Of a stretch of 62,430 nt of DNA, positions 28,168 to 37,479 are shown one piece after another. Source of the DNA: an uncultured Bacteroidota bacterium (GTDB lineage Bacteria > Bacteroidota > Bacteroidia > Chitinophagales > Saprospiraceae); NCBI GenBank assembly GCA_903836265.1, contig CAILQK010000258.1, forward strand, positions 1-62,430, given 5' to 3'. Under the pieces are notes generated by a model that saw only the letters and a program-made list of their open reading frames with translations, had not been told where the DNA came from and made no database searches. Both the position numbers and the translations under genes were made by a program. Position 1 is the first letter of the stretch; each line of letters begins with the position of its first letter.

Positions 28168-28425
28168 CAGAGTTGACTCCATCAGATCTTTAAAAAAGAA
28201 GAAGGGCCGGAGCCCTTTTGTTTCTCGCAGATTTGTTGGAAAGGCAAAAAAACGACTTTTTTCAGAAAAAAACAAATTGCCGCTTTTTTTTAACAAACCG
28301 CCGCCAGCCTTTTGCATAACGCCGCTGCCTCTGAATTATTACTCAAAGGCAATGCCGGGCGGGAAGGCCAGCCACAACCGAGCTGAAAATATTCGCGGAA
28401 GATAACTGGTCAGTAAGGCATCATA

Positions 28426-28737
28426 TCAGTTGACAGAGAAAGCCGGCAGATTGACCCGGGAACTGCTGTACAGGGACAAGGCGCTGATTCTGACGCTCAT
28501 GTAACGAGTGAGCGGAAGCTGATACACCATATCCAGCAGTTCTGCCTCCGTATCGGCGCAGAAAACGACCCACAGTTTTGAGTCCTGCAGCGACAGGGAA
28601 TAATTCAGCACTTTCCCTTCACCGATGAGGCGATTGACCAGGTTGCGCTGTGACGGAATTTTCTGGATAAAATCTTCTGACAATTCTGATGGGAGGGTAA
28701 AGTCCACCATATATTGCAAAGGGCCGTTGTTCTCCAT
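28426..28737 (-). CDS. small muconolactone-isomerase-like (dimeric alpha/beta barrel) family protein, 103 aa
   Basis: The pattern YMVDFTLP...EGKVL......LWVVF.A.TEAELLDMVYQLPLTRYMSV parallels the MIase-family layout (..QLPL.PYM..) as I remember it. Confidence 0.45.
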   Translation of the reverse strand: MENNGPLQYMVDFTLPSELSEDFIQKIPSQRNLVNRLIGEGKVLNYSLSLQDSKLWVVFCADTEAELLDMVYQLPLTRYMSVRISALSLYSSSRVNLPAFSVN

Positions 28738-28878
28738 TCAGTTACAAGATTGTTTTGAGCCCCCGGCAAGGGGCAGTTTTTCAAAAGTTTCAGGACAGTT
28801 ACTGCAAATATTATTCCAAAAACGCCCTGGCAGGGTTAATTTATTATGCCTTGGTGAGAAGAATGAAACCGGGCCTGA

Positions 28879-30105
28879 TCAATGAGCCGTGATACCCAGG
28901 GCTTTCAGTGTTTCGAGATCAAGGTTACCGACAGGCAATCCCTTGTCTTTCTGAAACTTTGCCAGTGCTGCTTTGGTGCGTTCTCCCATGACGTTGTCCG
29001 GGGTTCCCTGAAAATACCCTGCCTTGAGCAGGGCAGTCTGCACCTGTTTTATGGTATAGGCTGGCATTCTGTCAGGACAAAGCACCTCTCGCCATGCCGT
29101 GAAACCGCCGGGCCTGACAAGTTTTCGTCTGGTAACCGTGATATATTCGGCCGGAACCTCTTCCGATTTCAGAGATGCTTCCTTTTTGACAGATTTGACA
29201 GTGAACGGCGCTGTTTCAGCCGGCACGGTTTCTTCCCTGACAGTGGGGGGCGAGACCATAACCTGTTTTTTCACGGTCACATACTCGGGTGCTACTGTTG
29301 CATCGGCTGCAGCCACTTCTGTTTTGGCGCGCCGGATTGTCATGGGTCTGTACTCCGCAGGGATTCTTTCTTCCCTGACATAGGTATCCTTCACGAGTTT
29401 TTTTACGGTTCTGGTGGCCGTTTTTGCGGGGACATCAACCGTTTTGATACAGCCGGCATCTGCGACACCCGATCCGTCGCATCCCTTGTTGACGCGTTTG
29501 GTGATGGTGGCATACTCTGCGGGGGTTTCAACCATACACCATACGTAACAGTCATCGGGATTGGCTCCGAGGCAGGTAGCGTCGGCGAGTTTTTTTACCC
29601 ACTTTACGCCGGCAGGCTTCACCTCCACCCGTTCTGTAACTGATTCATAGGCAGGTTGCAGCACCTCCAGTCGGGTATGTGCTGCCTCCGTAACATAAGA
29701 AACAATGGTATCCCTGTAAGTGGCCGGCACTACTACAAACCGGATTTCCTCCGGCTTCACCAGGATATTTTCAGTCACGGTTTCGTAAACAGAATTGCTT
29801 TTGCCCGGCGACTTCACCATTACCCTGTCCTCCACCACTTCATATCTGGCAGGCTCGGCAACCAATCGCCGACCTGCGGGTTTTACCTCCAGCTGTTCAA
29901 CGCCGGATACCAGTTCGGCGGGAACAGCCGCAAGACGCCTGTATCCGGCTCTGACAAGTACCTGATCCGTTACGTTCTCAAACTGGTCGGGCATCAGGCA
30001 CATGGCATAACATTTTCCGGGCGTGGCATTCGGAGGCGAGTCCTGGGCCATCAGTGAAGTGCCAGACAGGGCCAGGGTGGCGATAAAGAGAAGTAAAGAC
30101 TTCAT
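28879..30105 (-). CDS. secreted repeat protein with a C-terminal peptidoglycan-binding (PG_binding_1-like) domain
   Basis: ORF trimmed to the ATG at 30105, giving MKSLLLFIATLALSGTSLMAQ (signal peptide). There are about 9 PAxY-x-TVT-x-(R/K)-V units. The C-terminus is IKQVQTALLKAGYFQGTPDNVMGERTKAALAKFQKDKGLPVG. Confidence 0.65.
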   Translation of the reverse strand: MKSLLLFIATLALSGTSLMAQDSPPNATPGKCYAMCLMPDQFENVTDQVLVRAGYRRLAAVPAELVSGVEQLEVKPAGRRLVAEPARYEVVEDRVMVKSPGKSNSVYETVTENILVKPEEIRFVVVPATYRDTIVSYVTEAAHTRLEVLQPAYESVTERVEVKPAGVKWVKKLADATCLGANPDDCYVWCMVETPAEYATITKRVNKGCDGSGVADAGCIKTVDVPAKTATRTVKKLVKDTYVREERIPAEYRPMTIRRAKTEVAAADATVAPEYVTVKKQVMVSPPTVREETVPAETAPFTVKSVKKEASLKSEEVPAEYITVTRRKLVRPGGFTAWREVLCPDRMPAYTIKQVQTALLKAGYFQGTPDNVMGERTKAALAKFQKDKGLPVGNLDLETLKALGITAH

Positions 30106-30202
30106 AATCAATTTTTTGCGTGGGATGCAGAGATGCAGTATGCGATTACATGAATTACAAAAGTAGGTGTGTCGCCGACAAATTTTTATTATTTTTTCAA
30201 TA

Positions 30203-31411
30203 TCACCTTCCTGTTTTGGGATAACAAATAAAAAACTTCGTAACCAGTTGAGTATAAAGGGGTACATCAGAACATTTATCAACAGGCAATACAGTGCCAT
30301 TTTTAAACAGAATTCTTATCTGATCCCTGCTGTCGTCGTAGGCCCTGTTGCTCTCGGAGCCGGTAATAATCAGGTACCTGGAATCGGCCTTGTCTCCGAA
30401 TTCCCGCGCTGCCATTTCGCGAATTTGCTGTTCATACTCGGGCGGTACAGGTTCGCTGAACCACTCCAGCCTGAACAGCCTTCTGTCAAGAATACCTCCT
30501 GAAAGAAAGGACAGTATGAAATCGTCTGATTCCGACCAGTATTTGACAGCCGCGGTGATGTCATTGTCGTCGAGCCGGAGAAAATGACTCAGAAGCTCAT
30601 CATTTCTGACCTGTTCGCCGGGCTTCCTGTACAGAAACCAGTTAAGGTGCCTCGGCGCTTCGAGTACTTTTCCCTCCAGCGCAAGCGTGCGGGCGCGCCT
30701 GAGGGTATTGATCAGCATGTGTTCGGCGGCAACGCCTGTTTTGTGCAGATAGACCTGCCAGTACATCAGACGGCGGGCTATCAGGAATTTTTCCACACTG
30801 TATATACCCTTCTCCTCCACAACGAGCTGTCCGTCGTGAACATCCAGCATTTTGATAATCCGGTCGTACCCGATAACCCCCTCGCTGACACCCGTGAAAA
30901 AGCTGTCGCGGTTCAGATAGTCCATCCGGTCCATATCCAGTTGCCCTGATACAAGCTGGTGCAGGAACTTTTTCGGGTATTGATCGTTGAATATGGAGAT
31001 AGCCAGTTCAAGTTTGCCGTCAAACTGCTTGTTCAGTTCCTCCATTATCCACAGAGAGATTTGTTCGTGGTGCATTTCCACCAGTGTGTGCTCCAGCGCA
31101 TGTGAAAAGGGACCATGGCCGATATCGTGCAGCAGGATAGCCGCACAGGCTGCTTCGGCCTCCCCGTCTGTAATCGGCACCCCCTTCTGTCGCAGGGTTT
31201 CTATAGACTCCTGCATCAGATGAAGCGCGCCCAGTGCATGATGAAAGCGCGTATGCAGCGCCCCCGGATACACAAACGGAGCCAGTCCGAGTTGTCTGAT
31301 TCTTCTGAGGCGCTGAAACCACGGATGATCAATCAGTGCCAGCAGCAAACCGACCGGAACTGATACAAATCCGTATACAGGATCGTTGAATATCTTCTTT
31401 CTGCCGTTCAT
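30203..31411 (-). CDS. HD-domain phosphohydrolase (dGTPase/SAMHD1-like, COG1078-type)
   Basis: FNDPVYGFV..., FQRLRRIRQLG, RFHHALGA and LLHDIGHGPFSHALE motifs are present. Confidence 0.8.
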   Translation of the reverse strand: MNGRKKIFNDPVYGFVSVPVGLLLALIDHPWFQRLRRIRQLGLAPFVYPGALHTRFHHALGALHLMQESIETLRQKGVPITDGEAEAACAAILLHDIGHGPFSHALEHTLVEMHHEQISLWIMEELNKQFDGKLELAISIFNDQYPKKFLHQLVSGQLDMDRMDYLNRDSFFTGVSEGVIGYDRIIKMLDVHDGQLVVEEKGIYSVEKFLIARRLMYWQVYLHKTGVAAEHMLINTLRRARTLALEGKVLEAPRHLNWFLYRKPGEQVRNDELLSHFLRLDDNDITAAVKYWSESDDFILSFLSGGILDRRLFRLEWFSEPVPPEYEQQIREMAAREFGDKADSRYLIITGSESNRAYDDSRDQIRILFKNGTVLPVDKCSDVPLYTQLVTKFFICYPKTGR

Positions 31412-31521
31412 CTTTTATGCAAAGTTCGGGTTTTTTGTGTGATGTTCAACATAAATGTACCTTGCCATCCGTTCTTGTCGTTTCAACAGGAATAAACAAA
31501 TCATCGCAATACCAAATCAGG

Positions 31522-33084
31522 ATGGAAAAGATCAAAATTCTTTGGGCCGACGACGAGATAGATCTCCTCAAGCCACATATTATTTTCCTGCAGTCGAAGG
31601 GATACGACGTTGTTACTGCTTCTAACGGACACGATGCCGTCGAAATTTACGGGGAACAATCCGGCGATATTGATGTGGTATTTCTGGACGAAAGTATGCC
31701 AGGACTCACAGGGCTTGAAGTACTGCCCCGCATCAAGGAGAAAAACCCCTCTGTACCGGTGGTTCTCATCACAAAAAACGAGGCTGAACATGTCATGGAA
31801 GACGCCATAGGATCGCAGATTTCCGACTACCTCATCAAACCGGTCAACCCGAACCAGATTCTGCTGACGCTCAAAAAGCTGATTGACAACAAACGGCTTG
31901 TGAGCGAGCGAACTGCCATGGATTACCAGCAGGAGTTCAGGCAGATCTTCATGCAGATTACATCCGGCCTCGACCACAACGAATGGGTGGATGCCTACCG
32001 GAAAATTGTAAACTGGGAACTGCGCGTGGATGCCAATCAGGCCAGCGGAGTAAGCGAAATTCTCTCCCAGCAGAAGGAACAGGCCAATACAGAGTTTGCA
32101 AAATACGTCAACACCAACTATTTCGACTGGGTTGACCGGAACAAGGAGGTGGGGCCAGTTATGTCGCACTCCATGATGCGCAAACATATTTTCCCTTACG
32201 TGAGCAACGGGACACCCACGATTGTACTGCTGCTCGACAACCTGCGTTACGACCAGTGGAAAACTATTGAGCCGATTCTCAACGAACTTTTCAGGACCGA
32301 AAATGAAGGGTACTTCTTCAGTATTCTTCCAACAGCCACTCAATACAGCCGGAACGCAATTTTCGCCGGTATGATGCCGGCAGATATTGAAAAAAACTTC
32401 CCCGACAAATGGAAAAATGACTCTGAAGACGGCGGCAAAAATCTTTTTGAAGATTTCTTCCTCGGGAAACAAATTGAGCGCGATTTCCGGAAACCTGTCA
32501 AATGGGACTACGCCAAAGTCACCAATGTGAGCCACGGCAAAGACCTGAACGACAATATTCTGCACTATCTGAACAACGATCTGACGGTTATCGTCTATAA
32601 TTTCATTGATATGCTCTCGCACGCCCGCACCGAGATGGAGGTACTCAAGGAACTGGCGGGTGACGAACGCGCATACAGGTCGCTGACCCGTTCCTGGTTC
32701 CTTCACAGTCCGCTCTGGACAGCCCTGCAGCGCCTCGAAGGCCGTGATGTTCAATTGTTTGTGACAACCGACCACGGAACCATTCGTGTTCAGAGGCCCT
32801 CCAAAGTGGTTGGTGACCGCGAAACGACCACCAACCTCCGGTACAAGGTGGGACGCAATCTTCAGTATGAAAACCGTGATGTACTGGTTATCAAAGATCC
32901 GCACAAGGCAGGATTACCAAGGCCGAATATCAGCAGCTCCTTTATCTTTGCGAAGGAAGATTACTTCTTCCTGTACCCGAACAACTACAATCACTTTTAC
33001 AACTATTACCGCAACACCTTCCAGCACGGGGGTATTTCTCTGGAAGAAATGATTTGCCCTGTCGTGCGCCTAAGAAGCAAGTAA
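31522..33084 (+). CDS. porX: PorX-like response regulator (CheY receiver plus PglZ/alkaline-phosphatase-superfamily domain)
   Basis: ORF trimmed to MEKIKILWADDEIDLLKPHIIFLQSKGY. The receiver Asp context is VVFLDESMPGLTG. The C-terminal region is PglZ-like (LLLDNLRYDQW..., TDHGT). Confidence 0.8.
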   Translation: MEKIKILWADDEIDLLKPHIIFLQSKGYDVVTASNGHDAVEIYGEQSGDIDVVFLDESMPGLTGLEVLPRIKEKNPSVPVVLITKNEAEHVMEDAIGSQISDYLIKPVNPNQILLTLKKLIDNKRLVSERTAMDYQQEFRQIFMQITSGLDHNEWVDAYRKIVNWELRVDANQASGVSEILSQQKEQANTEFAKYVNTNYFDWVDRNKEVGPVMSHSMMRKHIFPYVSNGTPTIVLLLDNLRYDQWKTIEPILNELFRTENEGYFFSILPTATQYSRNAIFAGMMPADIEKNFPDKWKNDSEDGGKNLFEDFFLGKQIERDFRKPVKWDYAKVTNVSHGKDLNDNILHYLNNDLTVIVYNFIDMLSHARTEMEVLKELAGDERAYRSLTRSWFLHSPLWTALQRLEGRDVQLFVTTDHGTIRVQRPSKVVGDRETTTNLRYKVGRNLQYENRDVLVIKDPHKAGLPRPNISSSFIFAKEDYFFLYPNNYNHFYNYYRNTFQHGGISLEEMICPVVRLRSK

Positions 33085-33090
33085 CACGCC

Positions 33091-35586
33091 ATGCTCAGAA
33101 TTGCTGTACTGTTTTTCCTTGTCCCTTTCTTCGCCCGGGCGCAGAAACCGGCAAAACCCAACTCCGCCGACCTGCATATCGCTGTCAAAAAGCTCAATGT
33201 CCTCGGATCTGTCCTGTATGTGGCAGCCCACCCCGACGATGAAAACACCCGAATGATCAGTTATCTTCGGAACGAGAAACTGTATGATGTGACCTACCTC
33301 TCTCTGACCCGCGGCGATGGCGGTCAGAACCTGATCGGAACCGAAATCAGGGAGCTGCTGGGAGTTCTGCGTACGCAGGAACTCCTTATGGCCCGCTCCG
33401 TTGACGGCGGCAGTCAGTTGTTCAGCCGCGCCAATGATTTCGGCTACTCGAAGAGCCCGGAAGAAACACTCAGGTTCTGGAACAGGGATGAGGTACTGGC
33501 AGATGTGGTATGGGCCTACCGAAAGACGCAGCCCGACGTGGTTATCAACCGGTTCAACCACGACAAAAAATATGACACGCACGGGCACCACACGGCATCT
33601 GCCATGCTCTCAGTGGAAGCATTTGATCTGGCCGGAAAAGCAGATGCCTATCCGGAACAGCTGAAATTTGTTTCACCCTGGCAGGCCCGCCGTCAGTTCT
33701 TCAACACTTCCTGGTGGTTCTATGGCAGTCAGGAGGCATTCCAGAAGGCCGACAAAAGCAGCCTGTGGCCCGTTGATATGGGCGTGTGGCTCCCACTTAA
33801 AGGAAAAAGCAACGGCGAAATTGCAGCTGAAAGCCGCTCCATGCACCGCTGTCAGGGATTCGGCATGCTCAGTAACCGCGGCTCGGCTATCGAGTACCTC
33901 GACTTCGTAAAAGGTGACAGACCCGGCAATACGGATATTTTCGATGGCGTCAATACCACCTGGTCGAGGGTAAAAGGCGGAGAACCGATTGGAGCCCTGC
34001 TCGCCGAAATTGACAAAAAATACCGGCCCGAAAATCCGGCGGCATCCGTACCCGACTTGCTCAGGGCAATGGAAATGATCAGCGCACTGCCAGAAGGCAT
34101 CTGGCGCACCAGGAAACTGGAAGAAATCAGGTCGGTTATTCAGGGCTGCCTTGGGCTCTACCTGGAAGCAACTGCCTCTGAACCGGTTGTAGCGCCCGGC
34201 GACAAAGTCAAAATCCGTTTTGAATGTATAGCACGTGCCAGCGGCGCCGAAGTGGTGCTCACACGCGTGAATCTCGGCCCCGGACTCCTCGATACGCTCC
34301 CGACGGCAAGCCTCCAGACCAATGTCGGCTGGATTCTCGAAAAATCGGTGAGAATTCCGGACAATGCGGCTATCACTGCTCCTTACTGGCTGCTTCGCCC
34401 CTCTACCACCGGCATGTACGATGTGCCGGAACAGTCGCTGCGCGGGATCCCCGAAACACCCCGCTATGCTTCTGTTGAGTGGACGGTAAGTATTAATGGC
34501 GTGCCGATGAAATTCAAAACAGATGTGGCATGGAAAACCGGAGAGCCGTCTGTCGGCGAGGTTTGGCGCCCGTTTGAAGTACTCCCGCCCGTATTTGTTG
34601 AATTTACAGAACCATCCTACATACTTTATCAGAAGGAACGCGAAGTCAGCGTGCGCGTGCGCGCGGGCAGGGATGGTTTAAAAGGCACCATTAATATAGC
34701 AGCTCCCGGGAAAGGCTGGAGCGTACGCCCGGCTGGTTCAGCGGGCAACAGCTTTGAATTCGGTAAACGCGGTCAGGAGAAAACTTTCACTTTCATTGTA
34801 TCGGCAGGAGAGGGCGATGCAATCCTAACCGCCCGGGCAGAGGTGGATGGGAGTATTCTCTCCAACAAACTTGTAACTATCAAATACGACCATATACCGC
34901 AGCAAAGTGTGCTGTTGCCGGCAACTGCACATGCTTCCCGGCTGAATCTGAAGGTTACCGCCAAAAACGTGGGATACTACATGGGCGCCGGTGATGACGT
35001 GCCCGCATCGCTCCGCCAGATGGGCTGCAGTGTAACTCTGCTCAACGATACCGATCTGGAACCCGAAACTCTGAAAAAATTCGATGCTATCGTCATGGGG
35101 GTGCGTGCTTACAACACAAAAGACGGACTGGCTTTTCACCAGCAGGCGCTGTTCGATTATGTAAAAGAGGGCGGCACCCTGATTGTTCAGTACAATACCA
35201 ATTTTGAATTCGTGGTGGATGCAGCAAATCTCGCACCCTATCCGATCAAGATTTCACGCGGACGCGTGACCGACGAGACCAGCGAAGTTCGCATGATTGC
35301 ACCGGAACATCCCGCGCTTAATACCCCCAATAAAATTACCGCAGAAGACTTCAGCGGCTGGGTACAGGAGCGCGGCCTTTATTTCCCTTCGGAATGGGAT
35401 GCCAGTTTCACGGCGCCACTCTCCATGAACGATCCCGGAGAAAAACCGGCTGACGGGTCGCTGCTGGTGGCATCCTGGGGCAAAGGGCACTACGTATATA
35501 CCGGGCTGTCGTTCTTTCGCGAATTGCCGGCCGGTGTACCCGGAGCATACAGATTGTTCGCAAATCTGTTGTCACTGAGCAAATAA
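33091..35586 (+). CDS. PIG-L/LmbE family deacetylase fused to a ThuA/GATase1-like C-terminal domain (831 aa, secreted)
   Basis: AAHPDDENTRMISYL and LTRGDGGQN are PIG-L motifs. A signal peptide is present. The C-terminal KFDAIVMGVRAYN...EGGTLIVQYN is also consistent. It starts 6 nt after the PorX-like stop. Confidence 0.8.
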   Translation: MLRIAVLFFLVPFFARAQKPAKPNSADLHIAVKKLNVLGSVLYVAAHPDDENTRMISYLRNEKLYDVTYLSLTRGDGGQNLIGTEIRELLGVLRTQELLMARSVDGGSQLFSRANDFGYSKSPEETLRFWNRDEVLADVVWAYRKTQPDVVINRFNHDKKYDTHGHHTASAMLSVEAFDLAGKADAYPEQLKFVSPWQARRQFFNTSWWFYGSQEAFQKADKSSLWPVDMGVWLPLKGKSNGEIAAESRSMHRCQGFGMLSNRGSAIEYLDFVKGDRPGNTDIFDGVNTTWSRVKGGEPIGALLAEIDKKYRPENPAASVPDLLRAMEMISALPEGIWRTRKLEEIRSVIQGCLGLYLEATASEPVVAPGDKVKIRFECIARASGAEVVLTRVNLGPGLLDTLPTASLQTNVGWILEKSVRIPDNAAITAPYWLLRPSTTGMYDVPEQSLRGIPETPRYASVEWTVSINGVPMKFKTDVAWKTGEPSVGEVWRPFEVLPPVFVEFTEPSYILYQKEREVSVRVRAGRDGLKGTINIAAPGKGWSVRPAGSAGNSFEFGKRGQEKTFTFIVSAGEGDAILTARAEVDGSILSNKLVTIKYDHIPQQSVLLPATAHASRLNLKVTAKNVGYYMGAGDDVPASLRQMGCSVTLLNDTDLEPETLKKFDAIVMGVRAYNTKDGLAFHQQALFDYVKEGGTLIVQYNTNFEFVVDAANLAPYPIKISRGRVTDETSEVRMIAPEHPALNTPNKITAEDFSGWVQERGLYFPSEWDASFTAPLSMNDPGEKPADGSLLVASWGKGHYVYTGLSFFRELPAGVPGAYRLFANLLSLSK

Positions 35587-35661
35587 CCGGACAGTAGCCG
35601 CAAAAACCTGTTCCTTTGCGTTTCCATTTCGCAAGACAAGGAAACTGAAGACCGTCAGAGT

Positions 35662-37476
35662 ATGCCCAAACGTGCGATAACAATATTTGTCATGCTGCTC
35701 GCAACAGCCTGCACCCTGCGTGCCCAGTCGCCCGCGCCTGCCGCGCAGGATACGCAGAAACTGAAAATTGAAACAGCACTGCTGATTGAAAACTTCAGGA
35801 AGGGCGATCGGGAAATGCAAAAACTGAGCGGCAATGTGCGGCTTCGCCAGGAAGACATACTGATCCACTGCGATTCGGCTATTATGAACGGCGACCACGC
35901 CATCCTGAAGGGCGGAGTGGTTATAGAACAGGGCGATACCGTCAAAATATTCTCGGACTCCACCCATTACAGGGCCGATACAAAGCAGGCTGACCTGTTG
36001 GGAAATGTAGTGCTCGAGAATGGTGTACAGCAACTGTTTACCAGTAAAATGCACTATGATGCCGCCCGGAAAATTGCAGATTATCAGAACGGCGCCACCA
36101 TGTCGAACGGCCAGAGCCGGCTGAAAAGCAGGCGCGGATACTACCACGTTAACGAAAAAGAGATTTTCCTACAGGGAGATGTGCTGGCAACAGACCCCGA
36201 CTTCACCATGCGCACCGACACGATGACTTTCAATACGGAAGCGCAGATGGTGCGGTTTGTTGCTCCAACCCTGGTGAGCCAGCGCAACAGCAAGGTATAT
36301 ACCGAAGGCGGATTCTACGATATCCAGAATGATTTTGCCTCTTTTGACAAAAGTCCTCAGTTTATCAGGGACGGTGAGCGGGGGTATGCCCGAAAAATGC
36401 GCTATAACGGTACCCGGAAAGAATATACGCTGGAGGGCAGCGCACATGTGGAAAATGATAAAAAAGGCGAGATAACCGACGCCGAAGTCATCATCTACTT
36501 CGAGGAATCGGAAACCATGCGTCTCAAGGGTGATGCGCATTTCCGCGACAGTACCCGCGACATCCGGGGCGAGGACATCAGTTATGACAGTCGCAACAGG
36601 AATTACCAGATCTCGGGCAGGGGCCGCGTGATTGACGGAGACAATATTATTAATGCAGATTCTATCTATTACAATGATGCACTCGGAAACGGACTGGCCA
36701 CAGGAAGGGTGGAATGGGTGGATACGGCAGGCCAGTTCTCCGTGCTGACGCACCGGATGGTTTACAACAAAAAATCTGACTACCTGTATGCACAGGGCAG
36801 CTACGACGGCGGAGAGTCGGGACGCCCCCTGATGAAATCTGTGATAGACGGCGACACCCTGTACATGAGTGCCGAACGGCTCACCTCATTCAAACCGGAC
36901 TCTGTTGGTGAAGAACGCCGGCTGCTCGCCTACCGGGATGTTCGCGTATATAAAAGTGACCTGCAGGCCTCATCCGACTCTCTTTCCTTCAGCACCCGCG
37001 ACTCCATTTTCTGGTTCTATAAAATTGACCAGACACCGGTCATCTGGTCAGATACTTCACAATTTTCCGGAGATACTATCGGAATGCTGTTGAAAAATAA
37101 AAAAATGGACCGGATATGGCTGCGTCAGAATTCGCTGGTGATCAATTCCGAAGATGAAATTCTGTTTAACCAGATCAAGGGGAAACACACCACCGCCTAT
37201 TTCAGGGAGAATGAGGTACGCGACATGTACGTGGAAGGGAACGGGCAAGCCGTGTATTATGCGCTCGACGACAAGGGGGCCTATATCGGGCTTTATGAAA
37301 CTACCTGTTCCGAGATGCGTCTGTCTTTCGGCAACAACAAGGTGGAACATGTCAGATTTTATGTGGAACCCACCGGAAAATTCATTCCCATGCGCAAGGC
37401 TGGAAAAGAGACCAAAAAACTGGAGGGCTTCTTCTGGGAAACCGGAAGAAGACCCCGCAGTTTGTCTGACTTGTAG
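35662..37476 (+). CDS. OstA/LptA-like repeat protein (periplasmic beta-jellyroll repeats), 604 aa
   Basis: Signal peptide ..CTLRAQ. There are repeated LptA-type segments (L.GNV.L.Q.D..I.CDSA......A.L.G.V.I...). Confidence 0.6.
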   Translation: MPKRAITIFVMLLATACTLRAQSPAPAAQDTQKLKIETALLIENFRKGDREMQKLSGNVRLRQEDILIHCDSAIMNGDHAILKGGVVIEQGDTVKIFSDSTHYRADTKQADLLGNVVLENGVQQLFTSKMHYDAARKIADYQNGATMSNGQSRLKSRRGYYHVNEKEIFLQGDVLATDPDFTMRTDTMTFNTEAQMVRFVAPTLVSQRNSKVYTEGGFYDIQNDFASFDKSPQFIRDGERGYARKMRYNGTRKEYTLEGSAHVENDKKGEITDAEVIIYFEESETMRLKGDAHFRDSTRDIRGEDISYDSRNRNYQISGRGRVIDGDNIINADSIYYNDALGNGLATGRVEWVDTAGQFSVLTHRMVYNKKSDYLYAQGSYDGGESGRPLMKSVIDGDTLYMSAERLTSFKPDSVGEERRLLAYRDVRVYKSDLQASSDSLSFSTRDSIFWFYKIDQTPVIWSDTSQFSGDTIGMLLKNKKMDRIWLRQNSLVINSEDEILFNQIKGKHTTAYFRENEVRDMYVEGNGQAVYYALDDKGAYIGLYETTCSEMRLSFGNNKVEHVRFYVEPTGKFIPMRKAGKETKKLEGFFWETGRRPRSLSDL

Positions 37477-37479
37477 CTT

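Noticed and set aside
28126-28405. ORFs 28145..28405 (+, 86 aa) and 28126..28317 (-, 63 aa) in the large intergenic gap.
   Set aside because: Their sequences are dominated by the translation of A and T homopolymers (KKKK / FFFF). They overlap each other and contain terminator-like hairpins, so they are not credible proteins.
31501-32904. 467-aa minus-strand ORF.
   Set aside because: It is antisense to the PorX-like gene, whose receiver and PglZ motifs are clear. The antisense product has no recognisable features and a composition typical of shadow ORFs.
35572-36147. 191-aa minus-strand ORF spanning the PIG-L / OstA-like junction, and the 173-aa ORF 33070..33591.
   Set aside because: Both overlap well-supported plus-strand genes and their intergenic promoters. 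No motifs were found, so I judge them to be shadow ORFs.
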